From positions 90,001 through 122,000 of the forward strand of contig NZ_CP064923.1 of the NCBI RefSeq assembly GCF_018336915.1: a DNA stretch of 32,000 bases, given 5' to 3'. A model generated the notes under the pieces. That model saw only the letters and a program-made list of their open reading frames with translations, had not been told where the DNA came from and ran no database searches. The stretch is from Acaryochloris marina S15 (GTDB lineage: Bacteria > Cyanobacteriota > Cyanobacteriia > Thermosynechococcales > Thermosynechococcaceae). The position numbers and the translations under genes were made by a program. Numbering within the stretch: position 1 is the first letter of the stretch; each line of letters begins with the position of its first letter. This document shows, one piece after another, positions 1 through 10,259 of this stretch.

Positions 1-268
1 GGGGGAGCAACCCTAATCGTTTGGCAATGGCTTTGGTGGAGAGTTTGGCAATGGATTCACTCCCTAGATAGACGATGCCCTGTTTGGGTTTGAGTAAACG
101 CCCTAAGCCCTTCAGCAAGGTAGATTTACCACAGCCGTTCGGTCCCACTAAAATCGTGATTTTGCCTGTGGGAATCGCTAGATCGAGGGACTCAATCACC
201 ACTTTGCCTTCATAGGCTAGGGTGAGTTTGCGGGTTGTGAGGGCGTAGGCAGGTGTTGCAGGGATCAT
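1..268 (-). CDS. Ferric-siderophore ABC transporter ATP-binding protein (FecE/FhuC-like). Only the N-terminal 89 codons are present because the gene runs off the window start.
   Basis: Absent from the ORF track because no stop lies in the window. My minus-strand translation from ATG 268..266 is [69 protein letters not shown]. It has a Walker A motif (GPNGCGKST). The ATG overlaps the TGA of the upstream permease (ATGA at 265-268), which suggests translational coupling. Confidence 0.85.
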   Translation of the reverse strand, partial: MIPATPAYALTTRKLTLAYEGKVVIESLDLAIPTGKITILVGPNGCGKSTLLKGLGRLLKPKQGIVYLGSESIAKLSTKAIAKRLGLLP

Positions 269-1329
269 GAGTTGCGATCGCGAATCAATACATACAGAAA
301 ATAAGGCGCTCCCACGATAGCCGTAATAATTCCACAGGGCAGTTCAATGGGAGCAAATAGTAATCGACCCAGTAGATCAGCCACCACCACTACAAATCCT
401 CCGGTCAAGGCGGCCACGGGGAGTAATCCCTCATGGGAGGGGCCTACCATTTGTCGTCCCAAGTGAGGGGCCATTAAACCGACAAAACCAATGCTGCCTG
501 CGGTCGCAACTGCAGAGCCAGCTAGGGCTACGCTGCTCAGTAATAGTAGACTGCGCTGGAGTTCTAAACGACTGCCTAAACTGCGAGCCACTTCATCGCC
601 AAGTTGGAGTGCATTCAGTTCTCGACTCATTAACAGGCTCAGCAATCCAAACCCAGTGAGCCAGGGTAGAAATACCGTCAACTGCTCCCAACTGCGGCCA
701 TAGACACTACCAGCTAGCCAAACTAAGGCTTGGCTGACGTTGTAGATATTGCCAAAGGTCACCATCAAACTGGTCAAAGATCCAGCAATCAGGCTGAATC
801 CTACTCCCACTAAAATCAGCCGCACAGGAGAACTGCCGTCCTTCCAAGCCAGCAGGTAAATCAGCAGAGCCACTAAGAGTGCTCCACCAAAGGCTGCCAG
901 AGGAATGAGGGCAATGGGTAATTCAGGATAGAGAACAATTAAGGTTACGGCAGCTAAAGAGGCTCCAGCGTTGACGCCAATAATGCCAGGGGATGCTAAG
1001 GGATTGCGGGTGATGCCTTGGGTGATTGTGCCTGCGATCGCAAGTCCCATACCAACCCCCCAGGCCACTAGCGTTCTCGGTAAACGCAGAGTCATAACGA
1101 TAAAGCTAAAGTCTGGGTTACCCGTTTCTAACCCCAATACCGTCTTGATCACATCTAACGGTGGCACCGGATATTCCCCTTGCCCCACACTGAGAACTAT
1201 TGCTATTAAAGTTAAGATAATCAACCCTGATAGCACTCCTGGTACACGTCGATGCAGTCGGAATGATAGCCACTGCATTCGCCAGACAAGCCAAGGAGAG
1301 GCGGGAAGAGACTGTACTATTTTTGGCAA
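265..1329 (-). CDS. FecCD-family iron-siderophore ABC transporter permease
   Basis: 354 aa polytopic membrane ORF with typical FecCD/FhuB blocks ([45 protein letters not shown]; [15 protein letters not shown]; [11 protein letters not shown]). The codon at 1329 is TTG, and an internal ATG at 1278 is an alternative start. Confidence 0.9.
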   Translation of the reverse strand: MPKIVQSLPASPWLVWRMQWLSFRLHRRVPGVLSGLIILTLIAIVLSVGQGEYPVPPLDVIKTVLGLETGNPDFSFIVMTLRLPRTLVAWGVGMGLAIAGTITQGITRNPLASPGIIGVNAGASLAAVTLIVLYPELPIALIPLAAFGGALLVALLIYLLAWKDGSSPVRLILVGVGFSLIAGSLTSLMVTFGNIYNVSQALVWLAGSVYGRSWEQLTVFLPWLTGFGLLSLLMSRELNALQLGDEVARSLGSRLELQRSLLLLSSVALAGSAVATAGSIGFVGLMAPHLGRQMVGPSHEGLLPVAALTGGFVVVVADLLGRLLFAPIELPCGIITAIVGAPYFLYVLIRDRNS

Positions 1330-1343
1330 AATGAAGAGTTAGC

Positions 1344-1370
1344 TTGATAATAATGATTTTCATTAATATT
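1344..1370. promoter_or_regulatory. Fur-box-like A/T-rich site between the binding-protein and permease genes
   Basis: The sequence is ttgataataatgattttcattaatatt. Its core AATAATGATTTTCATTAAT matches about 14 of 19 positions of the classical GATAATGATAATCATTATC box by eye. Confidence 0.4.
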
Positions 1371-1431
1371 AAGCGTTGCTGTACCGATTAAGCAACTGAA
1401 TGTGCAGTGCTTCATAGTCCAGTATTGTCTT

Positions 1432-2379
1432 CTATGGCTTTGCCTTCAGCAGGTATTTGAACAGATCATCAATGACCAGATCGGCTGCCATCGGATCACC
1501 TGCCCGCCAAATATTTGCATCAACAATGTGTACTTGTCCTGCTTGAACAGCCTTGAGTTGATTCCATAGCGGTTTCTGTTGCCAATCCTCTAATATTTGC
1601 TCAGACTCTGTGTCATATACGCTCACAAATATGATATCGGCATCTATTTCAGGAATACGCTCTTCTGAAAGGATAATTATTCCGTCCTCTACCGCAGCCT
1701 GAGCTTTTGGTCGACGGATACCAATATCGGCAAGGATACTGCCTGCAAATGAGTTCTCGGCATCAATTGTGATGGTGTCATCGTAAGTGTAAATAATTGA
1801 TATCTCGACATCCTGAAGTTGATTTCCTAAAGCTGCTCTAATTTTATTAATTCTCTGTTCATAACTATCCCAAACTTGCCTTGCTTCATCCTCTTTATCC
1901 AAGACATTAGCCACAAAGTTAAAGTGTTCACGCCAAGTCGGCAATCCATTCCAATTTCCCAAAGCAGTCGGTGCAATCTGAGATAACTGTTTGAAAATAG
2001 GCTTGCTAAATAAGTCAATACCAATGATTAGATCAGGCTTGATTCGTAGCATTTTTTCTAAGTTGGGCTGTTCACTTTTACCTAGTAGTATCATCTGGCT
2101 ACTGCGACTTGCTAAATAGTCTGCGACTAATCGCCCCTCTATTAAGCTAGCGCCAACGGATGGAACCCCAAGGGCTAGAGCATCGGCTAAGGTCGTATCG
2201 TCTAAACTAACCAAACGTTGAGGAGCGGTTGGCACACAAGCTTCACCTAAAGCGTGCTGGATAGTCCGGCAGTCAGTTAACGACTGTGAATTGGGAGATT
2301 GTTGAACTGAATTGCTTTGACAGGCAATGATCAGTAATGCTGCCAGAATGGACATTACAAAAAGGCGAAGGTTAGACAT
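1432..2379 (-). CDS. Periplasmic ferric-siderophore binding protein (FhuD/FecB-type, ABC substrate-binding), lipoprotein
   Basis: 315 aa. It has a signal peptide with a lipobox (LLIIAC) and type III PBP blocks (RLVSLDDTTLADALALGVP; NLEKMLRIKPDLIIG; IAPTAL...W). It sits between the receptor and the permease. Confidence 0.9.
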   Translation of the reverse strand: MSNLRLFVMSILAALLIIACQSNSVQQSPNSQSLTDCRTIQHALGEACVPTAPQRLVSLDDTTLADALALGVPSVGASLIEGRLVADYLASRSSQMILLGKSEQPNLEKMLRIKPDLIIGIDLFSKPIFKQLSQIAPTALGNWNGLPTWREHFNFVANVLDKEDEARQVWDSYEQRINKIRAALGNQLQDVEISIIYTYDDTITIDAENSFAGSILADIGIRRPKAQAAVEDGIIILSEERIPEIDADIIFVSVYDTESEQILEDWQQKPLWNQLKAVQAGQVHIVDANIWRAGDPMAADLVIDDLFKYLLKAKP

Positions 2380-4722
2380 ACTAGCTTTAACTGATTACTG
2401 CAACTGTTGTGACACCTCAAAATCCACGTCAAAACTTCCAAGACAAGGTAACTAAGACTGTAATTGGCTCAGCTGGAGAAACCCGGAGATCGTTTTCAGC
2501 AGCTTCAAAGTAATCGATATCAAACAGGTTACGCACGTTTACAGCCGCTTTGAACTGATCGCGTTCGTAAAAAATTGCTGCATCTGTACGCAAATAATCA
2601 GGGAGCGAAAAGGTATTGTCTAAATCACCCTGACGCTCATCTACATAAAATAGTCCAAGCCCAAACCCTAGACCAGACAAACTGCCTTTAGAAATACGAT
2701 AGGTGGTCCACAAACTGACAGCATTTGCTGGAGCATTATTTAAGCGATTGCCTTCTACAAAGGTATTGTCTTCAGTAATGTGGGCATCGTTGTAAGCATA
2801 GCCTGCTGTGATGTTCCATCCAGGTAGAATCTCGCCCGCAATATTGAATTCAATGCCTCGGCTACTCTGCTCACCCGCTTGAATCTCAAATTGTGGATTA
2901 TTAGGATCTGTGGTGAGTACATTAGACCGTGTCAAATCATAGAAAGCTAATGTTGCTGACAGCCGATCATTAATGTCTGCCTTAGCACCAACTTCGTATT
3001 GAGTACCACGCTGAGGACTAAAAATTGAATTGTCAAATGATCTCCCTACTTCCTGCTGAAATGAGCGGCTATAGCTGGCATAGAGGGAAATAGGCGCAAT
3101 AGGTTTGTAAACAATCCCCACTTGAGGGCTAAAGGCTTTATTTTGCTGAAACTCCGTCGTCACATTGATAAAATCATCATTTTTAACACTGACAACATCA
3201 AAGCGACCACCCAAAACTAGGGTGAGATTATCCAGCAGAGAAATTTGGTCTTGAATGTAGAGGCCAAGACCTCTTTTTCTTTCTCTATCATCGAAATTTG
3301 CGATGGGGGTAAAAACTAAATTTCCATATTCTGGATTGAATACATCAATTGGTGTTGTTTCTCCGAAAACGTTATCAGTGCTAGTTGTTACTTCCTGCGA
3401 TAATTCGACACCAGTAACGAGTTGATGCTGAATACTGCCGGTCTTAAATTTGCCTTTGATGTAGGTATCGAGTGTATAGGCACTGATGTCAAACCCTTCT
3501 GTCGAATCAAAAAAGCCTCTGTCTAAAGTGCGATTGTCGTCCTGCAGGCCAAATTCAAAAACTGCAAACTCATCTGAAAGTCGAAATCCTGCATTAAAGG
3601 CACTGCGAATCTGCCAGTTTTCGCTGAATTTATGTTCAAGATTGAGACCTACACGATACAGATCGGTCTTCCTTTCATCAGCATCGGGATCTCCAAGATC
3701 CCGTTCACGCGGAATCTCACCATTAGGGTTATCTAGAACCGTCCCAACTGCGGGTAGGCCAAAGGCGTTTGTATTTTGTCGAAATCTGCTGTATTCAGCA
3801 TCAAACATCAGCTTAGTATCTTCACTTAATTGCCAGTCCAATACAACAGCAGCGACGTAGCGGTCGCGGTCATAAAAGTCAACGAAGCTTCCTTCTGTCC
3901 CAGCGGCCAAGTTGAGACGATACCGCAGTGTTCCACTCTCATTGAGAGGGCCAGATAAGTCGGCCATACCCCGGTAGGTATCAAAGCTACCGATAGAGCC
4001 ACCAATTTCATAAAGTGGTTCACTCAGGGGTTTTTTGGTAACGATGTTAACAACACCTCCTGGAGTACCCTGACCATACAGCACAGAGGCAGGGCCACGT
4101 AGTACCTCAATACGCTCAACATTAGCGGTTTCCCCCGCAGAACTGGATATAAATGGATCTCTTAAACCATCTCTGCGGAAAAGGTCGTTGACTCCAGAAA
4201 AACCGCCAAATCCTCGAATGACTGGAACGACAAAAGGTGTTCTGGAAGAGTTGCCTGGTACAACACCCGGTACGTTCTCAAGAGCTTCATTAATGTTATT
4301 AGCTTGCTGATCTTCAATAACTCGGCGAGGGATCACCTGAACGGTTCGAGGTACATCCTTTAAGGGAGTGTTTGTTCGTGTCCCCACACTAGAATTTGAC
4401 GGGTTATACCCTTCATCCTGCCGATCTGCCGTCACCGTAATCTCAACTTCACTCTCCTCGGCAAAGTCTGCTGTCCCTAGTACCACCGCCATCACCAGTC
4501 CTGCCTTAACCGATGACACCTCAGCTATGGGTGGAGCATCTGTGCCCACAATTTCTACCTGCACCCGGTCTCCAGCCAAAGGCTTCACGTTAACCTGCTT
4601 AATTCCTACTGCTGGCTGAGCCTGAGAGAAAGGTTCTGTAAGCATCGCACTGGCAATCTCTGCAATCAAGATATTGCCTTCTACCCGAGTCACAGGTATC
4701 GCTAAAGTACCCTCAGTATCTA

Positions 4723-5956
4723 TAGATCTTCAGAAAAGCATCCGTGGTTTTAGCGACACTACATCTTCATTAAATATAGTAACTAGCTCCTGATACTCTT
4801 AGCTCTGGCAAGGATTTCAAGATTATCAGAGGTCATCCAGTATGCTCGCACAATTCAAACTGCGCTTTACCCAATCAACACGCAAAAAGATTGAAGCTAA
4901 ACTGCGCCAGGCATACGGGAGTCAGAATTTACGTCTGGTCAAACGTATTAGTGCTTTATTGCAGCTTGGTCAAGGTGGTTCAGTGGCACAGGTAGCTGAA
5001 ACATTGGCACTAGGCGAACAAACGATCAGGGATTATCTGCATGCATTTCTAAAACGAGGTATCGCTAGCTTTAGATACAAAGCGTCTCAAGGACGTCGCA
5101 GCAAACTCACTCCACGGCAACGACAACAGCTCAAGTCATGGATTAAAGCAGGTCCGCTCAAAGCTGGATACGAGTGTGGTTGTTGGAGTGCATTAATGGT
5201 TCAAGACCTGATTGCGAAACGCTTCAATGTTTCCTATCATCCCCATTATGTGAGTACTCTACTGAGGAACTTAGGCTTTTCATTTCAAAGAGCACGGTTT
5301 GTTGCAGCTCATCTCAATGAAGCCAAGCGACAAGAATGGATGACACACAAATGGCCTGAGATTTTGCGTTTATCAGCAGCCAAAGATGCCCTAATTTTAT
5401 TTGGGGATGAGGCCAGTTTTGCGCAGTGGGGGTCGTTAAGCTACACCTGGAGTCTTCGTGGAGACCAGCCAACATTGCCCACCAGTGGTAAACGGAAGGC
5501 TTACAAGGTGTTTGGATTAATTGATTATCATTCTGGTCAGTTCTTCTATCAAGGTCAGACGGGACGCTTCAATTCTGAAGGGTATACTGCTTTTCTAACT
5601 CAAGTACTCCAGCAGACTCACAAGCATATTATTCTCATTCAGGACGGGGCTAGATATCACACCAGTAAAGCAACTAAGCAGTTCTTTGACCAGCAATCCG
5701 CTCGCCTTACTCCTTTCCAATTACCCACATATTCTCCTGACTTCAACCCAATTGAATTCTTGTGGAAGAAACTCAAAAAACGCAGCACACACCTACGGTT
5801 CTTCAAGCAATTTGATGACTTAGTTCAGCAGGTCGATGAGGGGCTACTGTACTTTAGTCAGACTCCCAATGAAATTACTGTCTTAATGGGCAAATATTGC
5901 AAAACCTTGGGTACACAAGCTGCCTAGCTAATCACGGATCTTTATCTGTAGATCTA
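4723..5956 (+). mobile_element. IS630-family insertion sequence (1234 bp) with TA target-site duplication
   Basis: The terminal inverted repeats are TAGATCTTCAGAAAAGCATCCGTGG (left) and TAGATCTACAGATAAAGATCCGTGA (reverse complement of the right end). A TA dinucleotide flanks both ends (4721-4722 and 5957-5958). The element contains a single DDE transposase ORF. Confidence 0.9.
4842..5927 (+). CDS. IS630-family (Tc1/mariner-like) DDE transposase
   Basis: 361 aa with an N-terminal HTH region. Candidate DDE residues lie in LILFGDEASF, LIQDGARYHTS and FNPIEFLWKKLK. Confidence 0.92.
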   Translation: MLAQFKLRFTQSTRKKIEAKLRQAYGSQNLRLVKRISALLQLGQGGSVAQVAETLALGEQTIRDYLHAFLKRGIASFRYKASQGRRSKLTPRQRQQLKSWIKAGPLKAGYECGCWSALMVQDLIAKRFNVSYHPHYVSTLLRNLGFSFQRARFVAAHLNEAKRQEWMTHKWPEILRLSAAKDALILFGDEASFAQWGSLSYTWSLRGDQPTLPTSGKRKAYKVFGLIDYHSGQFFYQGQTGRFNSEGYTAFLTQVLQQTHKHIILIQDGARYHTSKATKQFFDQQSARLTPFQLPTYSPDFNPIEFLWKKLKKRSTHLRFFKQFDDLVQQVDEGLLYFSQTPNEITVLMGKYCKTLGTQAA

Positions 5957-6288
5957 TAGCAGCACCTGCATCCCCGTCTCGGTTGCTTCAACACGCACCT
6001 CGGTGATTTGCACCAACGAGGTCTCAATTTGAGCCATCCACTCCTGAACGGTTGCCGCAGGTGAGTCAAGATCTTTACCCTTCACTTCCTGTGCCCTGAG
6101 TGGAAGCGCCATCAGCACCACCAGACTGCCAGAGAAAAACGCCAATAGCTGCACCGAAGAAATCTGCTGCATCTAGACCTCACTCACATTCACAACTTTC
6201 TCTACTGCTAACTATTCCTGTTAAGCAGTACAGGGCAGTGTAAAGAAGTGACCTAGGGGCTGTCTATCCGAAAATGGCCAAAATAACT

Positions 6289-7281
6289 TTATTGTGCCTG
6301 GATTTTTCCTGCTAGACACTGGCTAGGGGTAATCCCAAACTGGCGCTTAAACCCAGCAGAAAAACGGCCTAAGTGGGCATAGCCTACTTGATTTGCTACC
6401 TCTGCTACTGTGCAGTTTCCAGCCCGTAAACGCTGCTCGGCCTGCTGCATGCGCTGCTGAGTTAGATAGCCGACAACGGTTGTACCAAACAAGTCTTGGA
6501 AGCCCCGTCGTAATGTCCGATCGCTCACCCCCACCTGCTTAGCTAGCTCCAGAAATCCTGGAGGCTGCTCTAACCGAGACTGCAAAATCTCTTGGGCATG
6601 ATAAATCCTGGTAATAGTTTCTGCTTTGCGTCCTGGGGCTGAGTGGATCAGATTTGTGTCTGCTAATAGGGGCTGAAGCTGAAGTGTCAGCAACTCATAT
6701 ACCTTATCCTGTAAATATAGTTGCTGAGTTGCCCCCCAGAAAGGAGCCTGCCAGATTTGTTGTGCCAGTTGCCGAGCAGCTAGGGTTACGGGTGGGAAAA
6801 ACGAAACTTTCCAGCCCTCTTGTTTGAGCAGTAGCTTCAATAGTGCAGTATTTGCATTTTTCAAACCCGCATAAAATTCCGCGAAGATGTCTGGTATAAG
6901 GTGGATGTGGAGCTCCATCTGGCGTTGAGATCGCCAGACTTGCTCGGTAAATGAAGGTGCAATCCCACTACCCGAGAAATACCCTCGCTCTGGGTCAAAA
7001 GTGGGATAGCGATCACTGTGTTCCTGACCTGTGAGCATCACACTACACTGCACCAAATGCGGATGAACGGGCACTTTCTGTTCAAAATCCTGATAAAAAA
7101 GGCGATCTGAACAGGCTAACCAGATGCCAGGGTGCAGTTCTAGCTCTCGACTATAGCCTCGCCCCAGATATTCTGGTACACCTTCAACGATCCATCCTTC
7201 CCACGCCAAATCATTGATTGGGGAGAGAGAAGTCTGCTCTTGGAGTTCATCCCAGTTCGCTGTGTTGAGCGTGAAAGTCAT
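6289..7281 (-). CDS. AraC-family transcriptional regulator (PchR-like siderophore-responsive type)
   Basis: 330 aa. The C-terminal double-HTH AraC domain reads LELAKQVGVSDRTLRRGFQDLFGTTVVGYLTQQRMQQAEQRL...VANQVGYAHLGRFSAGFKRQFGITPSQ. It lies directly upstream of the receptor gene. Confidence 0.9.
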   Translation of the reverse strand: MTFTLNTANWDELQEQTSLSPINDLAWEGWIVEGVPEYLGRGYSRELELHPGIWLACSDRLFYQDFEQKVPVHPHLVQCSVMLTGQEHSDRYPTFDPERGYFSGSGIAPSFTEQVWRSQRQMELHIHLIPDIFAEFYAGLKNANTALLKLLLKQEGWKVSFFPPVTLAARQLAQQIWQAPFWGATQQLYLQDKVYELLTLQLQPLLADTNLIHSAPGRKAETITRIYHAQEILQSRLEQPPGFLELAKQVGVSDRTLRRGFQDLFGTTVVGYLTQQRMQQAEQRLRAGNCTVAEVANQVGYAHLGRFSAGFKRQFGITPSQCLAGKIQAQ

Positions 7282-7370
7282 AGTGGACCTAAGCCTTATG
7301 AACTAATAAAAAATTTCTCTGAATACAAATATCATCGGACTCTACGGTCAAGGCTCCACTCTCGGTTCTC

Positions 7371-8396
7371 TTACCGCTTCACCTGCCAGCGCGTTAAGTA
7401 AATAAAGAAGGGGGCACCCAAAAGAGGCATTACCAGTCCCACAGGTAGTTCTTGGGGCTGAATCACTAATCGTGCCCCAATATCAGCGATCAGCAATAAG
7501 ATGGCTCCGACAATGGCGGCATAGGGCAAAATCCAGCGGTAATCGACCCCCACCCAAAACCGCACAATATGGGGAACAACCAGGCCCACAAACCCGATCG
7601 GACCTGCGATCGCAACGGAGCCACCTGCCAACAAAATAATGCTCACCGCCGCAGTCACTTTGATCCAGGCAGTGTTCTGACCTAAGCCTTGGGCAATATC
7701 CTCACCCAAGCTTAGGGTCGTGAGCTGTTTCCCCAGGGATAGGGCAATCACCATTCCCACGGCTAGATAGGGTAAAACTTGGACCACTAAGTTTAAATCG
7801 CGGCCTGCGATCGACCCTGCTAACCAAAATCGGATCTCTTCCAAGGTTCGCTGACTCAGAATGAGAACACCAGTGGTTATGGATGACACCAAGGCCGTAA
7901 ACGCAGCCCCAGCAATCGTTAGATTGAGAGGGGTCAATCCACCTCGTCCTAGGGAACCCAGAGCATAAACTGTGATGGCTGCGATTGCAGCCCCCAGCAG
8001 GGCAAATCCCGCATAAACCTTAAGGGAAGTCGTGCCTAACCAAAACACTGATCCGACGACAGCCAATGCCGCTCCGGAATTAATCCCTAAAATGCCCGGA
8101 TCAGCGAGGGGATTGCGCGTAAGCCCCTGCATCATGGCTCCTGCTACAGAAATGGAACTGCCTACCAGCAATGCAGTAATAGAGCGAGGAATTCGAACCG
8201 TTCGAATAATCAGTTGATCCGTCGACCCATCAAAAGCTGTTAGAGCTTGATACACGGTTCTGGGACTGATATCAGCGACCCCCAGTCCTATACTGGCCAT
8301 CACACAAACCCCTAGCAGTCCGATGCCCAGCACCAAGCCCAATCCTAGTGGAAGAGGGGACTGGATCAACTGACGCCGAGCAGGAACAGTAGACAC
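7371..8396 (-). CDS. FecCD-family iron-siderophore ABC transporter permease (second permease subunit)
   Basis: 341 aa with a GTG start. It is a paralog of 265..1329 ([44 protein letters not shown]; [15 protein letters not shown]; GAPFFIYL). Confidence 0.9.
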   Translation of the reverse strand: MSTVPARRQLIQSPLPLGLGLVLGIGLLGVCVMASIGLGVADISPRTVYQALTAFDGSTDQLIIRTVRIPRSITALLVGSSISVAGAMMQGLTRNPLADPGILGINSGAALAVVGSVFWLGTTSLKVYAGFALLGAAIAAITVYALGSLGRGGLTPLNLTIAGAAFTALVSSITTGVLILSQRTLEEIRFWLAGSIAGRDLNLVVQVLPYLAVGMVIALSLGKQLTTLSLGEDIAQGLGQNTAWIKVTAAVSIILLAGGSVAIAGPIGFVGLVVPHIVRFWVGVDYRWILPYAAIVGAILLLIADIGARLVIQPQELPVGLVMPLLGAPFFIYLTRWQVKR

Positions 8397-8635
8397 TTTA
8401 ATACTTATTGATAATACTTCTTAATAATACTACATGGATATGCCTAGGATTTCTATCTATAAATCATGAGAAAAGCTTGCCTTACATGACCTACAGGTTT
8501 ATCTGTGACTTCATGTCTGTATATTACAAAAGCAATAATTTGGATCTATCTTCAACATACTATAGGAATAATTCTAATTAAGCTAAAGAGAGAATTTGTT
8601 GTCAGAGCCCCTCCAGCCGTGTTTCATACTTATTT
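8198..8635. repeat. Copy A of a segmental duplication (5' end of the permease gene plus ~240 bp upstream region)
   Basis: It aligns by eye with 11744..12243. Blocks of perfect identity include gatttctatcta, gagaaaagcttg and tctgtatattacaaaa. Homology stops at about 8635, where the IS6-type inverted repeat begins. Confidence 0.8.
8404..8430. promoter_or_regulatory. Fur-box-like A/T-rich site upstream of permease 7371..8396
   Basis: The sequence cttattgataatacttcttaataatac lies 8-35 bp upstream of the GTG start. The equivalent position in copy B has a better box. Confidence 0.4.
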
Positions 8636-8636
8636 G

Positions 8637-9295
8637 GGTTGTGTTGCAAAAATAGGGTCATGGCTGAAAGTCAGGGGGCAATCGAGAGGCTGTGCTCTAT
8701 TTCTTTCCTGTAGATGAAAACTGCTGATCTTTGCAAATGGCGTCATTTTTAATCTGAGATCATCCTGCTCAATGTTCCTTGGTACTGCCGCTATCTCCTC
8801 AGCTATCGCGATTTGGAGGAGATGATGTTAGAGCGTAGTTTGGAGGTAGATCACAGCACCATTAATCGGTGGATTCTGAAATATTCTCCTAAACTAGTGC
8901 TTGACCACAGCGATTTCGAAAGCTTTGTTGCAAATAGAACACTTGCTAGGAAAGAATCTTGGGCTCATGCAACCTGTTATGATCGCTGTGGCCAAGCACT
9001 AGACACATGCTGGCGTTGGCATCTCAAATCAACCAATGATGCTTGGAGAGTAGACGAACCCTACGTCAAAATCCGAGGCGGTACTTAATATCGAGCCGTT
9101 GACTTTTGGGACAGATCTCTTTCCTCAATCAAAGTTTCGGATTATCTGCATAGTCTTGGAGGACACCCAGAGGAGTTGTGTACCAAGGACCACTATTTGC
9201 GACACAATCTGGCGCATTACTCTGTCTCTTAATTTGACAGAATAGTACGCCACTCTTCTGTGAGCAAACGGAGGTGAACTGCTATAGGTGAGCAG
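8637..9295 (+). mobile_element. Degraded IS6-family element (left inverted repeat plus transposase remnant; right end missing)
   Basis: GGTTGTGTTGCAAA at 8637-8650 matches the IS6-family terminal repeat (GGTTCTGTTGCAAA type). The transposase remnant starts about 65 bp later. I found no matching right repeat before the trxB-like gene at 9298. Confidence 0.65.
8714..9088 (+). pseudogene. IS6-family transposase pseudogene
   Basis: The frame from ATG 8714 reads MKTADLCKWRHF*SEIILLNVPWYCRYLLSYRDLEEMMLERSLEVDHSTINRWILKYSPKL, the conserved IS6 N-terminus with an in-frame TAA. An unrelated stretch of ~100 bp follows, then LKSTNDAWRVDEPYVKIRG, then a premature end. Later fragments (YRAVDFW) are out of register. 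Confidence 0.7.
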
Positions 9296-9297
9296 TG

Positions 9298-10254
9298 TTA
9301 GGAATGATCCCAATCTGGCTTAAACAGCTTACGACTATTGAGATAACGATCAATAGACATGGCTGCCACACATCCATCGCCAGCTGCCACAACCGCTTGC
9401 TTAAAAGGGGTATTGCGGATATCTCCAATCGCCCATACACCATCCGTACTGGTTGCCATCAGTTCATCAACCTTTACCCCGCCGTCTTCATTGAACTCAA
9501 CCTGATCGCCGACAAAATCAGTGACGGGTTTGGACCCATTCTGATAGACAAACACCCCATCAACCTCTAAAGACAGCGGATCTTCTTGATCTCTGACTTT
9601 GACTTGAACCCCTGTGACCCCCATATCGCTCCCCTGAATGGACAGCAGTCTGGATCGGCTCCAATGTTTCACATTGGGTAAACTCAGCAAATCCTGAGCA
9701 TGTGCATCCTCAGCCGGAGGAGTCTTCACGGTCAGCCAGTGAACCATAGATGAAAATTTAGTGAGCACTTGGGCTTCTTCTATGGCTTCTCGGTTCAGTC
9801 CTACCACTGCAACAGGGCGATCTTGATAAAAAGCAGCATCACAGGTGGCGCAGTAACTCACCCCCCGACCTAGAAAGTCAGCTTCTCCGTCAAAAGATGC
9901 CTTACGTCCCATTGCTCCTGTGGCTAGGACAATTGACCGCCCCACAAATGTCCCTTCTGGGGTGTAAACCTTTTTCTGGGCACCAGTAATATCCAGACCA
10001 AAAACTTGTGCTTGTTGATAGTGAGTGCCGAATTCAATCGCTTGCTCTCTCATTACAGCCAGCAGTTCTTCACCACTGACATCACCAGCAACGCCAGGGT
10101 AGTTAGCAATTTTATGGGTAATTGCCAGAGCGCCAACCGCAGGGTTTTTGTCTAAAATAACAGTCTTGAAATTCGCTCGTGATGTATAAAGAGCACAGGT
10201 ACAGCCTGCAGGGCCACCACCAATAATTACAACATCAAACTCGTAGGTATCCAA
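9298..10254 (-). CDS. Thioredoxin-reductase-like flavoprotein lacking the NADPH-binding motifs (FFTR/DDOR-like)
   Basis: 318 aa with a TTG start 5 nt after the upstream stop. It has an FAD motif (VVIIGGGPAGCTCALY) and a redox CATC in GVSYCATCDAAFY. Where E. coli TrxB has GGGNTAVEEA and HRRDGFR, this protein has GLNREAIEEA and TVKTPPA. The C-terminal tail is RKLFKPDWDHS. Confidence 0.85.
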   Translation of the reverse strand: MDTYEFDVVIIGGGPAGCTCALYTSRANFKTVILDKNPAVGALAITHKIANYPGVAGDVSGEELLAVMREQAIEFGTHYQQAQVFGLDITGAQKKVYTPEGTFVGRSIVLATGAMGRKASFDGEADFLGRGVSYCATCDAAFYQDRPVAVVGLNREAIEEAQVLTKFSSMVHWLTVKTPPAEDAHAQDLLSLPNVKHWSRSRLLSIQGSDMGVTGVQVKVRDQEDPLSLEVDGVFVYQNGSKPVTDFVGDQVEFNEDGGVKVDELMATSTDGVWAIGDIRNTPFKQAVVAAGDGCVAAMSIDRYLNSRKLFKPDWDHS

Positions 10255-10259
10255 GGTCT

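Larger units (their letters stand above)
2429..6172 (-). pseudogene. TonB-dependent siderophore receptor with N-terminal AMIN-like domain, split by an IS630-family insertion
   Basis: The 3' fragment 2429..4720 carries the plug (TVQVIPRRVIEDQQ; IEVLRGPASVLYGQG) and a barrel ending in a terminal F. The 5' fragment 5957..6172 carries the signal peptide and the start of the AMIN-like domain (VQITEVRVEATETGMQVLL). Removing 4723..5956 plus one TA joins them in frame (...GMQVLL-DTEGTLAIPVTRVEGNILIAEI...), giving about 835 aa. Confidence 0.85.

Noticed and set aside
491-4619. Overlapping or antisense track ORFs inside the large genes of this interval (491..703, 971..1342, 1118..1363, 1827..2024, 3486..3860, 3826..4023, 4368..4619). 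The same class occurs at 8032..8217, 14131..14460, 14592..16903, 18507..18906, 25495..26272 and 26789..27146.
   Set aside because: They are shadow ORFs embedded in well-supported genes, with biased low-complexity translations and no independent signals.
8505-8717. 70-codon ORF in the promoter region upstream of the IS6 relic
   Set aside because: It spans the duplicated noncoding module and the IS6 inverted repeat. The homologous stretch in copy B is not open.
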